The position numbers and the translations under genes are program-made. Shown here one piece after another: positions 43,411 through 50,003 of a stretch of DNA of 50,003 nucleotides. This DNA is from Candidatus Omnitrophota bacterium (GTDB lineage Bacteria > Omnitrophota > Gorgyraeia > Aquiviventales > Aquiviventaceae): positions 1-50,003 of the forward strand of contig JAHFGY010000004.1 of NCBI GenBank assembly GCA_023247195.1, read 5' to 3'. The stretch's first letter is position 1. The number at the start of each line of letters is the position of its first letter. Under the pieces are notes generated by a model that was given only the letters and a program-made list of their open reading frames with translations, ran no database searches and was not told the origin of the DNA.

Positions 43411-44441
43411 GGGCCGGACATCCCCGCGGCAGATGAAAGAATTTGGTCGGCCGCGTCAAACACTTGGTCCACGGTGAGCGCTTCCATGCCCAGGTGCAGC
43501 GGCTCATCCGCCGAGTAGCACGGCACCTGCGGGCATGCGTCCGGACGGCTCACCACGTGCACGCGGTCCGCGGGCCCGAGCGGCCCGGTGAGCGCGGGCG
43601 ACGTGGGGCCGTACAGCCCCAGAACTTTTCCGCCTACCGCGGCGGCCAAATGCAGCACGCCGGTATCATTCGACACAAAGAGCGCGGCTTGCTGCGCGCA
43701 AGCGGCCAACTGGCGCAGCGATTGCCGGCCCGCCCACACCCACGAGGGCTGGCGCATGTTGGTGGCCACGGCTTGAGCCAGTTGTTGATCATCCGGGCCG
43801 CCGGTGATGGCGATCGACACGCCGAACGCGTCGGCTAAACGATCCCCCAATGCCGCGAAGCGCTCGGCGGGCCAGCGCTTGTGCAGCCAATTGGCGCCGG
43901 GGTGCAGCATGACCCACTGCGACGGCTTTAAGCCCGGCGGCTGCATCCAGGCTCGAGCTCCGGCCTTTTCCTCATCAGTCAGCGTGCAGGTATAAGGAGC
44001 CAGCTCCGCGGAAACGCCGAACGGCGTGAGCAGCGGCAGATACGAAGCCGCCTTGTGAGCCAGCGGCGGTCCGGCGACCGGGTGCGTCAGCAAGCGGCGC
44101 ACTTTCGAATGCGAAAATCCCACGCGCATGGGAATGCCCGCCCATTTTGTGACAAGCGTGCGCGAAAAACTCTTGCGCAAGATAATGGCCGCGTCGGCTT
44201 GCAGCGGGCGGACCTGGCGAGCTGACCGCAGCATGAGCGGCAATCCGAACACGCCGGATTGCTCGTAGTACGGCACAAAGCGCGCGACGTCCGGGTTATG
44301 CTGCAGGATGGGTTCGCACTGCGGCAAAGCCAGGGCCAGGATCTCGGTCTGCGGAAGGCCGCGCTTCAAGGCTTGCAGAAAAGGGGTGGCAAATAACGTT
44401 TCGCCGAACCAGTTGGGCAGCACGACAAGCACGCGCTTCAT
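43407..44441 (-). CDS. Glycosyltransferase family 9 (WaaF/RfaF-like heptosyltransferase)
   Basis: MKRVLVVLPNWFGETLFATPFLQALK resembles the WaaF N-terminus. Also LFVSNDTGVLHLAAAVGGKVLGLYGPT. Confidence 0.85.
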   Translation of the reverse strand: MKRVLVVLPNWFGETLFATPFLQALKRGLPQTEILALALPQCEPILQHNPDVARFVPYYEQSGVFGLPLMLRSARQVRPLQADAAIILRKSFSRTLVTKWAGIPMRVGFSHSKVRRLLTHPVAGPPLAHKAASYLPLLTPFGVSAELAPYTCTLTDEEKAGARAWMQPPGLKPSQWVMLHPGANWLHKRWPAERFAALGDRLADAFGVSIAITGGPDDQQLAQAVATNMRQPSWVWAGRQSLRQLAACAQQAALFVSNDTGVLHLAAAVGGKVLGLYGPTSPALTGPLGPADRVHVVSRPDACPQVPCYSADEPLHLGMEALTVDQVFDAADQILSSAAGMSGP

Positions 44442-45550
44442 TTCCGGCGGCCCAACGCTTCCGCGTACACGCGCTCCAGCTTATCGGCCATGCCGTCGAG
44501 CGCGTACCGGCCGCGAACAACCGCCAATCCTTGCGCGGCCATCGCCGCGGCTCCCGCCGGATCATGCAGGATCGACGCGATCGCAGCGGCCAAGCCTTCC
44601 GGATCCTGCGCCTTCACTTGCGTACCCACTCCGCTTTCATCGAGCAGCCACGTGGAGCCGCCGCCACGCCGGATCGCCACAACCGGCCGCGCGGCGGCCA
44701 TGGCTTCGAGCAGCACAAGGCCGAACCCTTCTTTGTCCGCGGGCAAAAACACAAAGACGTCCATTGCCGCGAGCGCTTCGCGCGTCACATTCACCGACGG
44801 CACGAAGTGGATGCGGTCTTTTTGAAGAAGCGTTGCCGCCAGCGCTAGAAGGCGCTCGCGGTCTTCTCCTTCTCCGACGATCAGCAACTGCACGCCCGGG
44901 ACCGCTTTAAGCAGGTGCTGCCACGCATTCAATAATTGATCAATGGCGCGCGCACGGATCAGACGCGTGACGGTGCCCACGACCTGTCCTTGGGTCGAAA
45001 GACCGAAATCGCTGCGCAGCCGGTCTCTTTCCGCTTGCCCGCCGGGCGCAAACAGCCCCGCGTCGATGCCATGCGGCACCAAGCGGATCCGGTTTTCCGG
45101 AACATGAAAGTCTTGCTTCAAGTGCTCGGCCACCGGCGGGCTGATCGCAATGCTCAAGTCGCCCGAGCAGGGCCAGAACCGCCTGCCCAGGTTCGGTCGG
45201 AAAAAGCCGTGCCAGGTTGCCACATAGGGAACGCGAAGTTTCTTGGACAGCCGCGCGGCCACGACCTGCGACGTGCGCGTGTGCGCATGGAGGACATCGA
45301 ACGGCTCTTTACGCAGCCGATCGGCGAGCTGGCGCGTGGCCGCGAACACGCCGAGGCTGAATTCAGCGCTGGTTCCCAAGGCAAATGGCCAGTAAGCGCA
45401 GTTCGCGGCGGAGAGCTCTGCTTGCAGCGGGCCCGGTGCCGCAGCCACGGCAACCGTGTGGCCGCGTCGCTGCAGGCAAGCCGCGGTCGTCACGACCGAG
45501 CGCGCAACCCCGCCGACGCGCAAGTGAGACGTTAAGTGGAGGATGCGCAT
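44438..45550 (-). CDS. Glycosyltransferase family 4 (GT-B, RfaG-like)
   Basis: MRILHLTSHLRVGGVARSV N-terminus and the E-x7-E region FLPADKEGFGLVLLEAMAAARPVVA. Confidence 0.85.
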   Translation of the reverse strand: MRILHLTSHLRVGGVARSVVTTAACLQRRGHTVAVAAAPGPLQAELSAANCAYWPFALGTSAEFSLGVFAATRQLADRLRKEPFDVLHAHTRTSQVVAARLSKKLRVPYVATWHGFFRPNLGRRFWPCSGDLSIAISPPVAEHLKQDFHVPENRIRLVPHGIDAGLFAPGGQAERDRLRSDFGLSTQGQVVGTVTRLIRARAIDQLLNAWQHLLKAVPGVQLLIVGEGEDRERLLALAATLLQKDRIHFVPSVNVTREALAAMDVFVFLPADKEGFGLVLLEAMAAARPVVAIRRGGGSTWLLDESGVGTQVKAQDPEGLAAAIASILHDPAGAAAMAAQGLAVVRGRYALDGMADKLERVYAEALGRRK

Positions 45551-47637
45551 GGCCGCGGCAAAAGGCCGAGCACGGCAGCAATCACTTCAGACGCTTCGAT
45601 GCGTTTCATGCACGCGTGGGTGACCGTCTTGCACGTCGGCGAATAGCACGGGCTGCAAAACACATCCTTCTTGATCACCTGTCCCGTGAAAGCGGGCGGC
45701 AAGTGGCGGCGCGGGTCCGTGGGCCCGAAGATCGCCACGGTCGGCGTGCCCACGGCCGAGGCCAAGTGCAGCGGCGACGAATCATGCGCCACAAAAACTT
45801 GGCAGCGGCGGATGACTTCCGCCAGCTCGAGTACGCTGGTTTGGCCGATCAGCATGAGAGGCGTGGACACCGCGAGCCGGGACAATTCCCCGGCCAAATC
45901 GAGCTCGTCCGGGCCGCCGGTGATCACCACTTGCAATTGGCGCTGCGCCAGCTCGTCGCATAGCTGAGCCCAGCGGTCGATGTCCCACCGCTTGGTTTTC
46001 CAGCGGCCGCTTCCGCCGGGATGCAGCCCAACCATTCCCTTGGCATCCGGCCGTATCTTCCCCTGCAAAAGCTTGTCCACGCTCTGCGACTCCCGCTCCG
46101 TGAGCCAGACTTTCAAGCGCTCGTCCTTCATGGGAATCCCGGCGGCCGCAAGCAGGTGTTTTTGATGCGGGACCGGCCCCATGGCCTGCTTCGGCAGCGG
46201 CACCGGCTCGGTCAGAAGATGCGCGAGCTTGCGCTTGTACCCGATGCGCCGCGGAATGCCCGCAAGCCAAGGCGCGATGTGCGTCCAGCGGCTGTTCTGC
46301 AAATCGATGGATAAATCGAATCCGTCCTGTTTCAGGCGGCGGATCAATTGCCAGCGCTTGCGCCAACCGTGCGGGCCGCTCTCGCCCGGATCGAGCAGGA
46401 TCTCGTTCACGTCCGGATTGCGAGCCACCACGTCGTACGCCTTTCGCCCCACGACGAGGCTGATGAAGCTGTCGGTAAAATGCGCGCGGATCGCGCGCAG
46501 GCTTGGTCCGGCAAGAATCACGTCGCCGAGCGCGCTCAATTTCCACACCACGATGCGCGGCCGGGTCAGGCATTCCTCATAGACGCTCACTGTGCGGTCG
46601 ACCATGCCGTCGAGGCTCCACTCGGCGAGCACGCGCTTCTGCGCCGCGGCCACGCAGCGCTCGCGCAGCGCCGGGTCCTCGATGAGCCGCTTGATCGCGT
46701 TCGCTAATGCGTCCGCGTCGCCCGGGGGAACCGATAAACCGGTCTGGCCGTCTTGAACCAGCTCGGCTAAAGCGCCCAGCCGCGAGGCCACGACCGGGCG
46801 GCCGATGGCTTGCGCCTCGACCACGGCGCGGCCGAACGACTCCGGGTACACCGACGGCACCGCGACCATATCCACGCTCGCTAAAAGATCGGGAATATCG
46901 TGCCGCACGCCGTGCCATTCCACCGCGTCGGTGATTTTGAGGCTTTGCGCCAGCGCGGCCAGCGCGTTGCGCTGCGGGCTGCCGGGAAGATCGCCGGCGA
47001 TGCACAGCTTGACTGGAAGTCCTTGCCGGATAAGCGCGGCGACCGCGCGGAGCGCGACTTCGTGACCCTTGATCTCGCTGAGCCGGCCGAACATGCCGAT
47101 GCGCCAAGGCGGGCCGGCATCTTTGCGCGGCGGCTGCGGCTGGAATTCGGACAGGTCCACGCCCCGCGGGATCACACGCAAGCGCGCCTTGGGCAGATTG
47201 AATGTGTCGATGAGGTAGCGGCCCAGCGAGTCCGACGGCGCAATCACGAACCGGCCCCAAACCATGACGCGCGAGCCGATTTGCGCGGAATAAAATCCGT
47301 GCGCCGTGGTGATGAACGGCCGGTTGGTGCGCAGCGCGGCAACCCAGCCGATCCAGCCCGGCACGCGCGAGCGCGCATGCACGATATCCACGCCCGTGGT
47401 GCGGATGATGCTGGCCAAGGCCGGCACGCATGCGGCCATGGAAAACAGCGATTTCTTATGCACCGGAAGCTCGTAGTGCGTGGCGCCTGTGCGGCGCAGC
47501 GCCTCAGCCAGCGGGCCGCCGGATGAAACCACGCTGACTTGGTGGCCGCGCGCGATCAACCCGCGGCTGATATCCACCACGCCGCGCTCGACGCCGCCCA
47601 CCTCCAACGATGGCACGAGCTGCAGGATGTGCATCAA
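45532..47637 (-). CDS. Bifunctional fusion: GT4 glycosyltransferase (aa 1-356) + GT9 heptosyltransferase-like (aa 360-701)
   Basis: The N-terminal half has MMHILQLVPSLEVGGVERGV...PSVYPESFGRAVVEAQAIGRPVVA. The C-terminal half has RIVVWKLSALGDVILAGPSLRAIRAHF...VFVAHDSSPLHLASAVGTPTVAIFGPTD...CSPCYSPTC. Confidence 0.85.
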   Translation of the reverse strand: MMHILQLVPSLEVGGVERGVVDISRGLIARGHQVSVVSSGGPLAEALRRTGATHYELPVHKKSLFSMAACVPALASIIRTTGVDIVHARSRVPGWIGWVAALRTNRPFITTAHGFYSAQIGSRVMVWGRFVIAPSDSLGRYLIDTFNLPKARLRVIPRGVDLSEFQPQPPRKDAGPPWRIGMFGRLSEIKGHEVALRAVAALIRQGLPVKLCIAGDLPGSPQRNALAALAQSLKITDAVEWHGVRHDIPDLLASVDMVAVPSVYPESFGRAVVEAQAIGRPVVASRLGALAELVQDGQTGLSVPPGDADALANAIKRLIEDPALRERCVAAAQKRVLAEWSLDGMVDRTVSVYEECLTRPRIVVWKLSALGDVILAGPSLRAIRAHFTDSFISLVVGRKAYDVVARNPDVNEILLDPGESGPHGWRKRWQLIRRLKQDGFDLSIDLQNSRWTHIAPWLAGIPRRIGYKRKLAHLLTEPVPLPKQAMGPVPHQKHLLAAAGIPMKDERLKVWLTERESQSVDKLLQGKIRPDAKGMVGLHPGGSGRWKTKRWDIDRWAQLCDELAQRQLQVVITGGPDELDLAGELSRLAVSTPLMLIGQTSVLELAEVIRRCQVFVAHDSSPLHLASAVGTPTVAIFGPTDPRRHLPPAFTGQVIKKDVFCSPCYSPTCKTVTHACMKRIEASEVIAAVLGLLPRPCASST

Positions 47638-49601
47638 ATGAGTTTTTTCAGCGCTTCGCGAACGGATTCCAGGCTGTCGCGGCGCTCAGTCGGCGCTGCC
47701 TGCTTCAACGCATCGGCGATGGCTTGCCGCAATTGCTCCGGCTGCACCCGGCGGATGTGGCCGTCGGCCGCCATGTCTTCCAAAAACCGCCGGTGCTTGG
47801 TCCGATTCCCTCGCGCCGCTCTCAATGGAGGCTCGACCGCGATCACCGGCCGACCGCTCGCGCACGCCTCGCTCACCATGGAAATGCTCTCGCCGGTAAC
47901 CACCACGACCGAGGCCATGCCCAGCAAGCCGTCCATGGTGCCGGGCAGCGGATCCGATGACGCGCGCACAAGGATGCGGCAGACCGGGCTGCGCTCCAAT
48001 CGATCGCTCAAAGCCGACTCCGCGGCTTGCGGCGTGCGTCGCGACGTGGTGACTGCGCACCAGGCGTCATGGCTCGCGCACGCGGCGAGAACCGTATCCG
48101 CAAGCTGCCCGGCAAAACCCGCGCCCATCGTGTACGCGTCCGTGTCGCCGCCCACCAGCAGCGTAATGACCGGGTGAGCCGCGTCTTCCGCGCCGGGTTC
48201 GGTGCTTGTCGGACTCCACGGCCGGTAGCGCGGGTGCAGCGGCAGTTTTTGCGCCGCGCGGCGCAGGTCGGTCTCGTCCAGCACCGCGAACGCGCCCGGC
48301 GTTCGCACCACGTTCTTTGCGCGGGGCAGCTTGTCGTGCCGCGGAGCCAGCACCAGATCAAAATGGCGCACCGGAATCGGCGCGGGGTTCATCAGCACCA
48401 CGGATTTTGCGCGGATGAATCGGCTCCACAAGCGATTCACCGATGCCGTGACCGACCCGCATGAGACCACGATGTCCGCTTGGCGGCTCAGGAGCTGCCG
48501 GCTGCCCAACGGATCAAGCGTTCTCTTTAGGATCCACCGCGCGCCGAGCGCGCCGGGAACAAAGGCGGCCCAGGCCAGGCAAAGCGCGCGGCTGGACTTG
48601 CTGCGGAACCGGATCTCGACCGTGCGCGTTGTGAGCGACGGATGAAACGCGCGGAGCTGCTTCACCACCGCTTGAGACTGCTTGACGTGTCCGGCTTTTC
48701 CATCGCTGAGGATCACGGCGCGGCGCGCCGGCGTGTGCTTCCAGCGGTTATGCATCCACAGCCACTGCCCCGGGTCCTGGCGGATATGTTTCATCAGCCC
48801 GGCGGCGAACCGCTCGGCTCCCTGGCGGATCGCGTCGTCGCGCGAAACCGTGGCCGAAAGGTCGATCGGCTCCTCGACGCACAGCCGGTGATGCGGCCCT
48901 TGCACGCGGTGGATGAAAAACGGCACGATCAGCGCATGGTACGTATGCGCCAGGTCAAACGGCCCGATGGCGAACAGCGCCGGCCGTCCGAAGAAATCCA
49001 CGAACACGCCCTGGCGGCTGGCTTGGTCGCCCACGATGCCGACGAGCTTGTTGTTCTTCAACGCGTCGATCAGCAGCCTTAATTCCGATCCCTTATGGAC
49101 GACGCGGCAGCCCTTGGACTCGCGGTAAGACAAAAGCAGCCGGTACAATCGGGGGAATTTATTCTGCGCGCGGGCAAGCGCCACGACCGGATAGCCTTTC
49201 AGCGCGGCCACGATCGACGACAATTCCCAGTTGCCGTAGTGCCCGGTCAAAAGAATCACCGGTCGGCCGCTGGCCACGGCGCCGTCAAAATAACTGCGGC
49301 CCTGGATAGTCACGTAGCGGTCCGCATAGGCCGGGTCAATCACAGGCAAGCGGAGCAGCTCCGGAATGCCGGCGCCCAGCTGCTCAAAACACTGGGTGAC
49401 CAGCCGATCGACCTCTTTAGGCTCTAACTTACCGTCAAACGCCGCGCGCAAATTCGCGCCCGCCATGCGGCGGCGTTTGGGCTGCAGCCGCATCGCGAGC
49501 CGGCCGAGCGACTGCCCAAGCCCGACGGCAAAATCCGGCGACAGGCGGCACAACAGCCACCCCACCGCACGCACAAAATTATAGGCGAGCCAGTCGATCA
49601 T
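47634..49601 (-). CDS. Fusion: LpxL/HtrB-family lipid A acyltransferase (aa 1-288) + ELM1/DUF1022-like domain (aa 294-655)
   Basis: The N-terminal half has GHYGNWE (HX4E) and ...DPGQWLWMHNRWK. The C-terminal half has VILSDGKAGHVKQSQAV, FDLVLAPRHD, LLVGGDT, TTSRRTP and VVTGESISMVSEACASGRPV, which as I recall are the conserved blocks of the 'mitochondrial fission ELM1' family. Confidence 0.75.
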   Translation of the reverse strand: MIDWLAYNFVRAVGWLLCRLSPDFAVGLGQSLGRLAMRLQPKRRRMAGANLRAAFDGKLEPKEVDRLVTQCFEQLGAGIPELLRLPVIDPAYADRYVTIQGRSYFDGAVASGRPVILLTGHYGNWELSSIVAALKGYPVVALARAQNKFPRLYRLLLSYRESKGCRVVHKGSELRLLIDALKNNKLVGIVGDQASRQGVFVDFFGRPALFAIGPFDLAHTYHALIVPFFIHRVQGPHHRLCVEEPIDLSATVSRDDAIRQGAERFAAGLMKHIRQDPGQWLWMHNRWKHTPARRAVILSDGKAGHVKQSQAVVKQLRAFHPSLTTRTVEIRFRSKSSRALCLAWAAFVPGALGARWILKRTLDPLGSRQLLSRQADIVVSCGSVTASVNRLWSRFIRAKSVVLMNPAPIPVRHFDLVLAPRHDKLPRAKNVVRTPGAFAVLDETDLRRAAQKLPLHPRYRPWSPTSTEPGAEDAAHPVITLLVGGDTDAYTMGAGFAGQLADTVLAACASHDAWCAVTTSRRTPQAAESALSDRLERSPVCRILVRASSDPLPGTMDGLLGMASVVVVTGESISMVSEACASGRPVIAVEPPLRAARGNRTKHRRFLEDMAADGHIRRVQPEQLRQAIADALKQAAPTERRDSLESVREALKKLI

Positions 49602-50003
49602 CCAATGCTTCCTCTCCGGAGAGAAACTTCAAGCGGAGGCGCAAGACCCACACAGGAATCGCCGCGGGCGCGGCCAGAGCCAACTGCGCGAGCCGAACCC
49701 AATCTTTCTCGGTCGTAAGCAAACCTTCGGCATGGTCTTGCGTGGTCCGGCGCAGGATTTCCTGCCAATCCGTGGGCGTGTACGCATGGTGGTCGGGAAA
49801 TGCTTTGTGGCTCAGAGATCGTCCGTGAAGCGCCTGCACCGTGGTGTCAAAGCTGCGCGGATCGCCGATTGATGAAACCAGCATTAGGCGCTTGCCCGCC
49901 AGCGTCTGCGGCGGATGCGCAACATCGGCCGCGTCGAGCACATCCAGCGGCTCGTACTGCGCCGCGGCAAAAAAAGCCAAAGGATTGAGCGCGCGCACCC
50001 GTT
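49579..50003 (-). CDS. lpxK: Tetraacyldisaccharide 4'-kinase, C-terminal part (5' end beyond window)
   Basis: KRLMLVSSIGDPRSFDTTVQALHG...FPDHHAYTPTDW...LLTTEKDWVRL matches the LpxK C-terminal pattern (GIGnP..F...L...G......F.DHH.y......lvtTEKDavK). The ORF is open to the window edge. Confidence 0.8.
   Translation of the reverse strand, partial: RVRALNPLAFFAAAQYEPLDVLDAADVAHPPQTLAGKRLMLVSSIGDPRSFDTTVQALHGRSLSHKAFPDHHAYTPTDWQEILRRTTQDHAEGLLTTEKDWVRLAQLALAAPAAIPVWVLRLRLKFLSGEEALDDRLARL

Noticed and set aside
1-50003. CRISPR arrays, tRNA/rRNA genes, and known defence or toxin-antitoxin modules.
   Set aside because: Intergenic space is minimal; the largest gaps are 23935..24091, 24299..24440 and 31140..31427. 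None of the gaps contains direct-repeat arrays or cloverleaf-like sequences, and no gene products resemble known defence-system components.

Overview
This is a GC-rich chromosomal segment from a diderm (LPS-producing) bacterium; I cannot assign the taxon from sequence alone. About 40 genes are tightly packed on the minus strand, and many have 1-4 nt start/stop overlaps that suggest translational coupling. In coordinate order they are hisC' (partial), pheA, chorismate mutase, scpB/scpA, trpS, infB-nusA-rimP, proS, ispG-rseP-dxr-cdsA-uppS, a coiled-coil membrane protein plus an OmpA-like lipoprotein, purA, serA plus a class-V aminotransferase, clpP-tig and lptB. These are followed by an LpxL-LptC-LptA fusion ORF, a small excisionase-type HTH gene, kdsC-kdsD-kdsA-pyrG-kdsB-hldA and a DHS-like gene. 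After a gap come three GT9 heptosyltransferases, a GT4, a GT4-GT9 fusion, an LpxL-ELM1 fusion and lpxK' (partial). The striking exception is the only credible plus-strand gene, a roughly 10 kb ORF (31428..41366, about 3,312 aa) that splits the LPS/Kdo/heptose cluster and looks more AT-rich than its flanks (by eye, not computed). It encodes an N-terminal signal peptide or anchor and an HExxH motif. It also carries 13 copies of a ~65-aa helix-turn-helix-like repeat in two arrays, a HAD-like module, a type-I phosphoribosyltransferase-like module and four RpoA-alphaCTD-like helix-hairpin-helix modules. I do not recognise this architecture as a described family. A structured ~185-nt leader precedes it: the 5' part matches the most conserved string of the c-di-GMP-I (GEMM-I) riboswitch, and it ends in a canonical intrinsic terminator 8 nt before the ATG. 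I saw no rRNA, tRNA, CRISPR array, transposase or integrase. Many long ORFs in the track are antisense shadow ORFs, as expected in GC-rich DNA, and were rejected.
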